DNA from: Candidatus Yanofskybacteria bacterium RIFCSPHIGHO2_01_FULL_44_24
GTDB lineage: Bacteria > Patescibacteriota > Minisyncoccia > 2-02-FULL-40-12 > GWA2-44-9
Length of the DNA stretch: 64,000 nucleotides
Direction: 5' to 3'
Assembly: GCA_001794215.1 (NCBI GenBank)
Contig: MGJK01000012.1
Span: 4,834-68,833, forward strand
Shown: one piece after another, positions 1 to 8,898 of the stretch
Position numbering within the stretch: position 1 is the first letter of the stretch
How the letters are laid out: each line of letters begins with the position of its first letter
The notes under the pieces: model-generated
Database searches by the model: none
What the model was told of the DNA's origin: nothing
The model's input: only the letters and a program-made list of their open reading frames with translations
Program-made: the position numbers and the translations under genes

Positions 1-2
1 AG

Positions 3-1181
3 TTACAACAAAGACTCGATCTCCTTGACCATCTTGTCCTCGGAGAATTTGAAGAGGACGGTTTGGTGGGCCTGAATGCTGAGTTCCTGTCGAAGACGGT
101 CATTGCCGAGGATTTCCCGGATTCGATTAGCTATCTGATCGGGGTTTTTAGGCTCAACCATAAATCCGTTTTTGCCGTCTTCGATAATCTCGGGTACGGC
201 GCCGACGTTAGTTGCGATAACCGGAGTTTTGGCGGCCATAGCCTCTATTAATGCCCATGGGAAGCCTTCTTTGACCGAGGGCAGGACAAAAACATCAAAT
301 GCGGTGATAAATTTGGAAGCCTCCGGTATCTGTCCAAGGAGAAAGATCTTATGGCTAAGTCCGTGTTCAGCGATCATCAATTCTAACTTTTGCCTCTCCT
401 GCCCGTCGCCGATTATTATAAATGCTGTATCTTCAATATCCTTAAATTTTTCAGCCGTGAGTATGAAATACTCCAAGCCTTTGGGAGGGTAAAAATTGGC
501 GATAGTACCGACTATATTTTTGGCCTGAAATATCTTACCGGAATGGCGGGCTATCTTTTCGAATAACTTCAACCGGGCTTCTTCGCGGGGGAGGTAGGAG
601 GTTTTGTAAGTATCGAGGCCGTTGTGAATCAAGGCCAATCTATCCCTGGGAATGATCTTCATTTTCTGGGCTTGTCGAAGATCATGTTCATTGTTTACTA
701 CGATTACGTCTTTCCAACTGCTTCCGAGTTTCTCCAGCCTGACCCATAGCCATCTTTTCCATGCCGGCCAAGGGTCGTTAAAAGTCCAACCGCCTATTCG
801 ATAGATGACTTTAGGGCGAGTAGTATGGTAGCGCAGTAGCGCAGTAGCGAGGGAGCCTATAAAACCGGCCTTGGAACTGTTCAGAAAAATCGTTTCCGGC
901 CGGAAACTTTTGATCAGGTTTCTGATTTCCGAAACCGCCTTCACGTCCTTTACTGGCGCAGTTTCTCTTCTCAGAAACTTGAGGTCATGAACGGGAATTC
1001 CGTTCCGTCGAAGCTGTTCCTGAAACATCTTTCCTCCATCTTGGCCGACGGCAACGAGAATCTGATATTTCTCAGGGGTCAGCCTCCGCACAAGGGTATA
1101 CAAAAACTGTTGGGCTCCTCCCCAATCCGATTGAGTTATGACGAACAGGACTCGTTTTTTGGAATTGATTTCCAGCCCCAT
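3..1181 (-). CDS. glycosyltransferase family 4 (GT-B fold)
   Basis: ORF 3..1220 with TAA at 3-5. C-terminal GT4 signature EGFPWALIEAMAAKTPVIATNVGAVPEIIEDGKNGFMVE and N-terminal KRVLFVITQSDWGGAQ. Start chosen at MGLEINSKK (1181); the longer 1220 start would overlap the divergent gene at 1205. Confidence 0.8.
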   Translation of the reverse strand: MGLEINSKKRVLFVITQSDWGGAQQFLYTLVRRLTPEKYQILVAVGQDGGKMFQEQLRRNGIPVHDLKFLRRETAPVKDVKAVSEIRNLIKSFRPETIFLNSSKAGFIGSLATALLRYHTTRPKVIYRIGGWTFNDPWPAWKRWLWVRLEKLGSSWKDVIVVNNEHDLRQAQKMKIIPRDRLALIHNGLDTYKTSYLPREEARLKLFEKIARHSGKIFQAKNIVGTIANFYPPKGLEYFILTAEKFKDIEDTAFIIIGDGQERQKLELMIAEHGLSHKIFLLGQIPEASKFITAFDVFVLPSVKEGFPWALIEAMAAKTPVIATNVGAVPEIIEDGKNGFMVEPKNPDQIANRIREILGNDRLRQELSIQAHQTVLFKFSEDKMVKEIESLL

Positions 1182-1204
1182 ATATGGCATTATAATATAG
1201 AAAA

Positions 1205-2359
1205 ATGGCCGAAAAATCAATCACGATCTTCACTACCGCCTACAAGCCTTTTATAGGCGGATCCGAAATAGCAATTGAACAAATCAGCCGACGATTGCCG
1301 GATATTTTTTTCAATATCATAACTCCAAAACTTCGCGGTGATCTTAAGTGGGAGGAGGCCACAGGAAACGTGAAAATAAACAGGGTCGGGATTGGATGGC
1401 GACCGTTAGATAAGATGCTTTTTCCCGTTTTGGGGTTTCTACGGGCCGGCGGTTCGCCGTCTGTAGTTCATTCTTATCAGGCGTCATATGGAGGCGGAGC
1501 CGGGTGGGTTTTTAAAGTTTTCCATCCCAAATCTTTTTTTATTTTAACCCTGCAGGAGGGCAAGGATTTTGAAAAGCAGGGGTTTTTTATAAATTTTTTC
1601 AGAAATTTAATTATTAAAAAGGCCGACGCTATAACGGCGATCAGCAATTACTTGGCCGATTACGCCCGCAAGATAAATCCAAAGGCCAAGATCGCGGTCA
1701 TTCCCAATGGAGTGGACCTTGAAAAATTTAAAATTCAAAATGAAAAATTTAAAATTGAAGAACTCAAAAATAGACTAAAAATAGAAGACGGTGATAAGAT
1801 TGTCATTACCATTTCGAGGCTGGTGGAGAAAAATGGAGTGGGAGATCTGATAGAAGCGATCAGTAAGTGCAAAATCGCTAACCCAGAGCAAAGAATTAAG
1901 TTGATGATCATCGGGTCAGGATCGCTTGAGGAAAATTTAAAGATCAAAGTTCAAAAATCAAAATTACAAGACAGCGTTCTTTTCCTGGGGGATATTCCTT
2001 ACGATGAAATTCCTGCCTACTTAGCTATATCAGATGTTTTTGTGAGGCCCTCGTTTTCTGAGGGCTTAGGGAATGCATTTCTTGAGGCGATGGCGATGGG
2101 TGTTCCGATAATCGGTACGCCGGTCGGCGGTATACCCGATTTCCTTCAGGACGGAATTACAGGTCTTGCCTGTAAGGTCAGAAATCCGGACGATATAGCT
2201 AAGAAAATAAGCAGAATCTTGGCGGATGAAGGCCTGAGAAGATTGCTTGGAGAAAACGGAAGAAAACTTGTTCATGAAAGATACGATTGGGACTTCATTG
2301 CTCAAAAGTTTGGAGCAACATACAACCCTTTAATTCAAAATGAAAATATCAAAATGTAA
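1205..2359 (+). CDS. glycosyltransferase family 4
   Basis: N-term ITIFTTAYKPFIGGSE and C-term EGLGNAFLEAMAMGVPIIGTPVGGIPDFLQDGITG (E-x7-E motif). Contains an in-frame AT-rich tandem repeat coding EKFKIQNEKFKIEELKN. Confidence 0.85.
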   Translation: MAEKSITIFTTAYKPFIGGSEIAIEQISRRLPDIFFNIITPKLRGDLKWEEATGNVKINRVGIGWRPLDKMLFPVLGFLRAGGSPSVVHSYQASYGGGAGWVFKVFHPKSFFILTLQEGKDFEKQGFFINFFRNLIIKKADAITAISNYLADYARKINPKAKIAVIPNGVDLEKFKIQNEKFKIEELKNRLKIEDGDKIVITISRLVEKNGVGDLIEAISKCKIANPEQRIKLMIIGSGSLEENLKIKVQKSKLQDSVLFLGDIPYDEIPAYLAISDVFVRPSFSEGLGNAFLEAMAMGVPIIGTPVGGIPDFLQDGITGLACKVRNPDDIAKKISRILADEGLRRLLGENGRKLVHERYDWDFIAQKFGATYNPLIQNENIKM

Positions 2360-2438
2360 AATTCAGGTTACTCAACACTTCATTAGAAAAGTTTTGAGTT
2401 TCAATAATTTTTAACTTTGATTTTTAAATTTTAAATTT

Positions 2439-3593
2439 ATGCGAAGCATTTTAATTACAACCGGAATTTTCCCTCCCGATATTGGCGGGCCGGCTTCTTA
2501 CGGAAAAATATTAGCCGAGAAATTATCCAAGGATTTCAGGGTTACGCTGATTACTTATTCTTCAAAATTAAATTGGGCCGAAGATAAGAAGCTATCTTTC
2601 AAGGTGGTCAGGGTTTGGAGGAAAATTCCCAAATTTTTGAGGCACTTAGTTTACTTTTTCCAAGTTGTTTCATTGGCGAAGAAGCAAGACGTGATATTTG
2701 CCCTTAATTCTGTAAGCGCCGGAGTGCCGGGATTATTGGCGGCCAAGATGCGCAAGAAGAAATTTTTTGTAAAAGTCGTCGGGGATTATGCCTGGGAGAT
2801 CGCGGTTAATAAGAGAAAAACTTCTCTTTTAATGAACGATTTCCAAAAATCCAAAAGAAAAGGCTGGATCGGGGTGCTTCATAAAATTCAATCTTGGCTT
2901 ACCAAAAACGCCGACGGAGTAATAGTTCCTTCTGAGTATCTGGGCAGGGTCGTCAGGGGATGGGGAGTGTCTCAGAATAAGATTCACGTGGTTTATAATC
3001 AGGTAGAGTTTAAAAAATCAGAATTAACCAAGGAAGAGGCCCGAAAGAAGATAGATATATCGGGCAATATCATCGTATCAATCGGCCGGCTGGTGCCTTG
3101 GAAGGGGTTCAGGATGCTGATCAAAATAATGCCTGAACTTCTGAAAATAAATCAGTTTTTCCGCTTGGTTATTATCGGAGACGGTCCTGAAAAATCGAAT
3201 CTTGATTCGATGGTCAAGAATATGAGACTCGAGAAGAAGGTTTATATTGTTGGGCGCAAGTCTCAGTCGGAGGTGGCCGATTATTTAGCGGCCAGCGATA
3301 TATTCGTTTTGAACACCGGTTACGAGGGCTTTTCGCATTTGATACTTGAGGTGATGACGGCCGGCGTACCTGTGGTTACTACGACCGTCGGAGGCAACAA
3401 AGAAATTATCCATCAGGGGGAGAACGGATTTATGGTTAAGTACAATGATGAATTTAATCTGATCGAAGCTATCAAAACAGTTTGGCAGGTTCCGGAAATG
3501 CGCCAGCGTTTTATAGACGGCGGACTTAAAGCTTCCGGGTTGTTCAGTGTAGATTCCATGTTCCAGGAGACAGTCAAAGTCCTAAAAAGCTAA
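2439..3593 (+). CDS. glycosyltransferase family 4
   Basis: C-term EGFSHLILEVMTAGVPVVTTTVGGNKEIIHQGENGFMV. Preceded by the AT-rich leader aatttttaactttgatttttaaattttaaattt. Confidence 0.85.
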   Translation: MRSILITTGIFPPDIGGPASYGKILAEKLSKDFRVTLITYSSKLNWAEDKKLSFKVVRVWRKIPKFLRHLVYFFQVVSLAKKQDVIFALNSVSAGVPGLLAAKMRKKKFFVKVVGDYAWEIAVNKRKTSLLMNDFQKSKRKGWIGVLHKIQSWLTKNADGVIVPSEYLGRVVRGWGVSQNKIHVVYNQVEFKKSELTKEEARKKIDISGNIIVSIGRLVPWKGFRMLIKIMPELLKINQFFRLVIIGDGPEKSNLDSMVKNMRLEKKVYIVGRKSQSEVADYLAASDIFVLNTGYEGFSHLILEVMTAGVPVVTTTVGGNKEIIHQGENGFMVKYNDEFNLIEAIKTVWQVPEMRQRFIDGGLKASGLFSVDSMFQETVKVLKS

Positions 3594-3614
3594 AAGACTA
3601 AAGACTATGGCTTT

Positions 3615-4826
3615 ATGCTCTCAGCATTAGTCATTTCACCAGCAATGAAATTATTGATGATATCGGGTGATCGAAGTTTAGCTCAAGGCAAAAAGGGCGC
3701 TTTTTACAATACCTTAGAAGAACTTCGCAGGCATTTTGAAAGAGTTGTCATCATCTGCCCGCCTATCGGAAATTCAAAACTGAAAATTGTAAATTATTTC
3801 GATAATGTCGAGGTCCATCCTTCTCCGTGGCCGTTGGTATTTCAGCCTTTGTGGATTCTTCGCGAAGGCTCGCGGATTATAAGAGTTGAAAATTCAAAAT
3901 TGCCCGCCTTCGGCCAAGCCGGGGCGAGGCCGGAGAAAATTGAAAATTGGTTTATGACCGTTCATGAGTACCCGCCCTTTTATAACGGCATCGGGGCGCG
4001 GCTGTTATGGCAAAAGATAAAGGTTCCTTACCTGCTTGAAGTTTTTCATGTCCCCGGATACCCAAGATCGGCTAATTTAAAAGAGATTCTTTATAAGAAA
4101 TTAACAGGAGCCTTTATCGGTTATGATACCGCTAAGACTTCAGCCGTCAGAGTCATGAATGAAGATATGGGAGATTTTCTTGAGAAGGCCGGAGTACCGA
4201 GAAAAAAGATCAAACTCATTCCGGCTATCTATATCGATTTTGATGTTTTTAGGCCGGTGAATCTCATCAAAGAATACGACCTCATTTTTATTGGCCGGTT
4301 AGAATCTAACAAGGGAGTAGACCTATTGCTCAAAGCAATAGAATTTTCAATTTTTAATTTAAAATTTTCAATTAAATGTTTAATTGTCGGAGAAGGCTTA
4401 TTGAAAGAGGAGTTAAAATTAAAAATTAAAAATTTAAAATTGCAGGACAATGTCCTGCTTCATGGTTTCGCCAAAGATTCCCGTGAAATATCCGAGCTGA
4501 TGAATAAGTCTAAAATCTTGGTAATGCCGTCGTATAACGAGGGCGGACCCCGGGTAGTAGTCGAGGCTTTAGCGTGCGGGGTGCCGGTACTGGCATCAAG
4601 GGTCGGAATAGTGCCGAATTTGCTTAAAAATGGCTTAGGATGCGAGATTATCGACTGGAAGGCCGAAGATATTGCCAAGAAGGCGCAAGCTCTTCTGGGC
4701 GATCCTGTGAGGTATGGCGAATTCAGTAAAAACGGCCCCAAAATAGCGGCTCAATTTGAAAGAAGGGCGGCAATAAGGAATTACGCCGAGGAACTCCACA
4801 AAATAGGTCAAAACCGGACAAACTAA
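3615..4826 (+). CDS. glycosyltransferase family 4
   Basis: C-term EGGPRVVVEALACGVPVLASRVGIVPNLLKNG. Alternative start at MKLLMISGD (3645). In-frame AT-rich tract coding EFSIFNLKFSIKCL...LKLKIKNLKLQDN. Confidence 0.8.
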   Translation: MLSALVISPAMKLLMISGDRSLAQGKKGAFYNTLEELRRHFERVVIICPPIGNSKLKIVNYFDNVEVHPSPWPLVFQPLWILREGSRIIRVENSKLPAFGQAGARPEKIENWFMTVHEYPPFYNGIGARLLWQKIKVPYLLEVFHVPGYPRSANLKEILYKKLTGAFIGYDTAKTSAVRVMNEDMGDFLEKAGVPRKKIKLIPAIYIDFDVFRPVNLIKEYDLIFIGRLESNKGVDLLLKAIEFSIFNLKFSIKCLIVGEGLLKEELKLKIKNLKLQDNVLLHGFAKDSREISELMNKSKILVMPSYNEGGPRVVVEALACGVPVLASRVGIVPNLLKNGLGCEIIDWKAEDIAKKAQALLGDPVRYGEFSKNGPKIAAQFERRAAIRNYAEELHKIGQNRTN

Positions 4827-4951
4827 CCGGTTAAAGTTATGAACAGATAAGCCTTTCCCCCGTATCTCTAAAAGTAATATAATTAATGCAGTGTTTTTAA
4901 CTCTTAGATTCCCCTTTTAGGCACGGATAAAACGTGCTTAGCGGTGCTTCT

Positions 4952-6547
4952 ATGTTTTTTATGGATAAGGCAACAGACAGTAAAAAAACCAGTAAATGGT
5001 CCTTTTTGGGGGTATTATTTGCCGTCTTAGCGGCATTTTTATTTTTTTCCGGCAGTGCTTCAGCCGGAGGCAACGCCATTGATACGGCCGATTATATCTA
5101 TTTTCGCATTGATACCGAAATAAATGTTTTAAATGATAAATCGGTTCTTGTTAAATGGTCATGCGGTGGCGGAGCCACCAGCGGTAGCTTGAGTATTTAT
5201 CAAGGCTCGGTTACCGATGGTACTTCATCGGACAGCGATGGCTTGGTAAATGGTATTGTTCAGATTGCTTCTCAATCGTTGGAAAATGCTGGCGCTAACG
5301 GATCTGGCTGTGATGGAGGGGAATCAATAACGGCCAGCGTTTCTCTGGGCGGATGGGTCAGTAGAACATGGGCTTCTTCCATTACTGATACGGCAGGAGG
5401 CTTTATTAACAGGGCCAGTATGGATTATACGATCGTTGTTAATGGGATAGTCGAACAATTAGGGAATACCCTAACTCTTAATGGCACCACTGCTTCGGCT
5501 ACTTACAGCGGGACGGTTGCCTCTCAATCGTACAGCAATTACAGCGGTACCTATAAGAAATATATTGCAGGATCTACCGACGCAGGAACGGTTAAGGGTG
5601 GAGCCGATGGATATGTAAATAGGACTTCTTCGGCCTTAACTATATCAGCCACAGCCTCTCAATCAGTTGACTTTGGCGCCTCTACCGATAGCGACTTAGA
5701 TGAGAGTAGCTTGTTATTCGGCCACGTTGTTACGGTGAGCGGTTATACGAACGGTTCGGTAAGGGCGGGCGACAGCTTGAGTATCGTATGTTCCAACGGA
5801 GGAGCCGGTTCTTGGTATTGTCCCGTACCCTTAGCTCATACCGGAACTACGGCGGAATATAGTTACCCATCGGGAGGTATTACTTCCCTCACCGCTACCT
5901 ATACTGACAGAACCACAGGCGGTGATGCGCAGGTTGCATCTACTATTACACCACCAACTCCTTCCGGAGGAGGATCTTATTCAGAATCCGGAACAGTTCC
6001 GGCCACCCCAGCCACTCCGGCAGTTCCGGCAACGCCTGCGACAGAGGAAACTCCAGCTGTTCCCGCAACTCCGGCAATACCGGCGACTCCAGCGACGCCC
6101 GCTTCTCGAGGTTTTGTTAGCTTGGCCGCGCTTAATCTTAAAGAAGGCGATGTCGTCAGTGCCGCGGGATCAGATGATCCGGATGTTTATATCGTCAATG
6201 ACTGGGGTTACAAGAGATTATTCTTGAATCCTGCAATATTCGGATTCTACGGGCATCTCGGAGGATTTAATAGGGTTAAAAATACTTCTTCCACGGTTCG
6301 TGATACCATGGTAACTTCCGGCTTGTTCAGGAATTGCGAAACTAATGACGCAAAAGTTTATGGAGTCGAAGCGACGGGCGAAGACGCAGGGCTTCTTCAT
6401 TGGGTGAATGTTAGCGGCGATGAAGCCGTAGCCCAAGATTCAGAATTCTTCAAGAAAGTATTCTGTATAAACGGCAACGAATTTAATTGGTACTCGAAAG
6501 GGGCAGACTACAGCTCTGTCGGTCAGGTCCCGGCCTATTCCCGCTAA
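4952..6547 (+). CDS. secreted Ser/Thr/Gly-rich surface protein with Pro-Thr/Ala repeat linker (candidate glycoprotein)
   Basis: Sec-type signal: basic n-region DKATDSKKTSK, hydrophobic WSFLGVLFAVLAAFLFFSG, then SASA cleavage site. The long body is S/T/G/N-rich and low-complexity with at least 7 N-x-S/T sequons (NGS, NGT, NYS, NRT, NTS, NVS). It has a PATPAVPATPA repeat linker and a distinct C-terminal domain. The ORF finder used GTG at 4934; the ATG at 4952 is in frame. Confidence 0.6.
   Translation: MFFMDKATDSKKTSKWSFLGVLFAVLAAFLFFSGSASAGGNAIDTADYIYFRIDTEINVLNDKSVLVKWSCGGGATSGSLSIYQGSVTDGTSSDSDGLVNGIVQIASQSLENAGANGSGCDGGESITASVSLGGWVSRTWASSITDTAGGFINRASMDYTIVVNGIVEQLGNTLTLNGTTASATYSGTVASQSYSNYSGTYKKYIAGSTDAGTVKGGADGYVNRTSSALTISATASQSVDFGASTDSDLDESSLLFGHVVTVSGYTNGSVRAGDSLSIVCSNGGAGSWYCPVPLAHTGTTAEYSYPSGGITSLTATYTDRTTGGDAQVASTITPPTPSGGGSYSESGTVPATPATPAVPATPATEETPAVPATPAIPATPATPASRGFVSLAALNLKEGDVVSAAGSDDPDVYIVNDWGYKRLFLNPAIFGFYGHLGGFNRVKNTSSTVRDTMVTSGLFRNCETNDAKVYGVEATGEDAGLLHWVNVSGDEAVAQDSEFFKKVFCINGNEFNWYSKGADYSSVGQVPAYSR
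6000..6105 (+). repeat. in-frame tandem oligonucleotide repeat encoding (P-A-T-P-A-V/I) linker
   Basis: Repeated gcnactccngcn units coding TPATPAVPATPATEETPAVPATPAIPATPATPA. This also creates the spurious alternate-frame ORF 5922..6227. Confidence 0.7.
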
Positions 6548-6565
6548 AAATCTGTTCTGATTAAG

Positions 6566-6590
6566 TTAAAACCCCTGAATGGGGTTTTAA
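6566..6590 (+). terminator. stem-loop terminator candidate after surface-protein gene
   Basis: ttaaaacccc tgaat ggggttttaa is a perfect 10-bp stem with a 5-nt loop and a T-containing tail, lying 19 nt after the stop codon. Confidence 0.55.
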
Positions 6591-6627
6591 CTTGGAAAAA
6601 TGGCAAAATAAGGGTATATTTCTAAGG

Positions 6628-8445
6628 ATGAGCAGGCTTCTTATTATTACCCAAAAAGTAGACATAAACGATGGCGTTTTAGGTTTTTTCCACGAGTGGA
6701 TCAGGAGGTTCGCCGAAAGATTTGATAAGGTCACGGTTATCTGCCTGAAAAAGGGCGAATACAATCTGCCGCCGAATGTTAAGGTCTTATCGCTGGGCAA
6801 GGAGACGTACGGCCATTATCCGGCAGTCGTCAGGCGGGCTTTGTTTTTTAAGAAATTTTATTCTTACATCCGACGGGAGAGAAATAATTACGACGCCGTA
6901 TTCGTACACATGAATCCTAAGTACGTTGTTCTCGGTGCTCCTTTGTGGAAAATTTGGGATAAAAAAATCAGCCTCTGGTATGCTCACGGCCATGTGGGCC
7001 CGACTCTTCAGTTGGCCGACAAGATGACCGATATTGCTTTTACCTCGACTCCGGAGGGCTATAGATTGAAAAGCGACAAGTTAGTCATAGTCGGACAGGG
7101 GATAGATACGGAAAAATTCAAAAATCAAAATTCAAAAATCAAAATTGATGATAGATTCAGGATTATATCCGTCGGGCGTATCACGGCCTCAAAGGATTAT
7201 GGAACGTTGATTCAGGCTTTATCCGTGCTTGGTAAGGATCTGAGAGATAAGCTGGAAGTTTCCATTGTCGGTGATACATGGACGGATAAAGACACTGCTT
7301 ATCTATCTGGATTGAAAGATAGGATAGCCGAGAAAGGATTAAGCGGAACGATAAAATTTTCTGGTCCGATTGCCAACAAAGATTTGCCGGGATTTCTTCA
7401 GTCAGCTGACCTATTCGTAAATATGGGATTGACCGGGAGTTTGGATAAGGCAATTTTGGAAGCGATGGCTTCGGGATTGCCGGTTTTGACCTGTAACGAG
7501 GCTTTGAAAAACGTTCTTGGTCTATATGCGGATAAGCTTATGTATCCGAAGGAGGATTCCGGCAAATTATCGGAAAAAATATCCTTGATGATGAAAATGG
7601 GTGGCCGCGAAAGAGCATCTTTGGGTGCCGGCCTGAGAGATATTGTCATAAGAGATCATAATATTGACGGTCTGATAGGCAAAATATCTAACTCAATCAA
7701 GGGCGTCCCTGCCAATCTAAATGTCGGTGACATTTACAACCGGCAGATAAAGGGTAAATTTGAAGGGAACTATGAGTATCATCGCTGGAAGAGCTCACCG
7801 GTCAAAAGGGCGGGGTATGAAATGACCCGGAGTTTGATTCGGGGTAATATATTGAAAAGCGGTTTGGGTTTCAGGGATTACCTTGAAGTGGGTCCCGGTC
7901 CGGGGACGTGGACGAAGATGTTTTTGGAGGCGAGTCCGAAAGCAAATTTTGATTTAGTGGATATATCCTCCGAAATGCTCAACTTAGCTAAGCAGAATCT
8001 TGCCGGTCATGGCAATTTAAGGTACATAGAGACCGATTTTCTGCGCTTCAATCCCGATAAGAAGTACGACATATTCTTTTCTTCCCGGGCAATTGAGTAT
8101 ATGCCGGATAAGGATGGTTTAGTAAAGAAAATATCCGATCTTTTGAGGCCGGGAGGCAGGGGATTCGTCATCACTAAAAATCCTAAATATTTACGGAGCA
8201 AATTGGCCGGCAGACATATCTCGGAATTTCATAAGGGCCAGATCTCTCCCGAAACATTCAGGGCCTTATTGATTGGAAATGGTTTCAAGGATGTCGAAAT
8301 TTATCCGGTTACTTTTGTTTTTCCCGTTTTCAACTCCGCCTTCATGAACAGGACGGTATCAGGGATCTTTTCTTACCAGAAATTGAATACGTTAAATAAT
8401 TTTTTTGCAGAATCCTATTTAATTAGGTTCAAGAAACCTAATTAA
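6628..8445 (+). CDS. fusion protein: GT4-like glycosyltransferase (N) + class I SAM-dependent methyltransferase (C)
   Basis: N-half has GT-B features (GLTGSLDKAILEAMASGLPVLTCNE). C-half has methyltransferase motif I LEVGPGPGTWTKMF and motif post-I LRPGGRGFVIT. The ORF finder used TTG at 6592; the ATG (MSRLLIITQ) is at 6628. Confidence 0.8.
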   Translation: MSRLLIITQKVDINDGVLGFFHEWIRRFAERFDKVTVICLKKGEYNLPPNVKVLSLGKETYGHYPAVVRRALFFKKFYSYIRRERNNYDAVFVHMNPKYVVLGAPLWKIWDKKISLWYAHGHVGPTLQLADKMTDIAFTSTPEGYRLKSDKLVIVGQGIDTEKFKNQNSKIKIDDRFRIISVGRITASKDYGTLIQALSVLGKDLRDKLEVSIVGDTWTDKDTAYLSGLKDRIAEKGLSGTIKFSGPIANKDLPGFLQSADLFVNMGLTGSLDKAILEAMASGLPVLTCNEALKNVLGLYADKLMYPKEDSGKLSEKISLMMKMGGRERASLGAGLRDIVIRDHNIDGLIGKISNSIKGVPANLNVGDIYNRQIKGKFEGNYEYHRWKSSPVKRAGYEMTRSLIRGNILKSGLGFRDYLEVGPGPGTWTKMFLEASPKANFDLVDISSEMLNLAKQNLAGHGNLRYIETDFLRFNPDKKYDIFFSSRAIEYMPDKDGLVKKISDLLRPGGRGFVITKNPKYLRSKLAGRHISEFHKGQISPETFRALLIGNGFKDVEIYPVTFVFPVFNSAFMNRTVSGIFSYQKLNTLNNFFAESYLIRFKKPN

Positions 8446-8484
8446 ATTTTTACTTTTTAATTTAGAATTTTTACTTGATTCATA

Positions 8485-8883
8485 ATGGCCAATTTTAAAA
8501 ACAACTACGATTTAGAAGAGAGGGTTGCCAGATTTGGCGAGGAAATAATTCTTTTTTGCCGAAGAGTCAAAAAAGATCCGATAGTCTTGCCCCTCTTGGT
8601 TCAGTTAATAAAATCAGCTACCAGTATCGGCGCTAACTACATGGAGGCCAATGGAGCCAGCTCGAGAAAGGATTTTGCCAATAAGATCTACATAGCCAAA
8701 AAGGAAGCCCAGGAAACCAAATACTGGCTGCGTATGCTCTCGGTTTATTATCCAAATGAATTAGAAAAACTTCAGAAATACCGGCAAGAAAGTCACGAGT
8801 TCACTTTGATATTTCACAAAATTGTCCGTACCATTAAAGATAAAGATTCCAAGGAACCGGATGCAATAAAAATTTTAAAGTAA
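8485..8883 (+). CDS. four-helix-bundle protein (23S rRNA intervening-sequence protein / Avd-like family)
   Basis: 132 aa. The YDLEER...IGANY.EA.......F......IA..E..ET..WL pattern is typical of the PF05635/TIGR02436 family. A paralog lies at 46558. Confidence 0.75.
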   Translation: MANFKNNYDLEERVARFGEEIILFCRRVKKDPIVLPLLVQLIKSATSIGANYMEANGASSRKDFANKIYIAKKEAQETKYWLRMLSVYYPNELEKLQKYRQESHEFTLIFHKIVRTIKDKDSKEPDAIKILK

Positions 8884-8898
8884 AAATTAAAAATTCTT

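Noticed and set aside
5922-6227. 101-aa alternate-frame ORF inside the surface-protein gene
   Set aside because: Artefact of the in-frame PT tandem repeat read in another frame (Q/L/R/P-rich). It sits entirely within a better-supported longer ORF.
8485-8883. Diversity-generating retroelement around the Avd-like four-helix-bundle genes
   Set aside because: No reverse transcriptase ORF and no template/variable near-repeat pair is visible in the window, so these are treated as stand-alone four-helix-bundle proteins.
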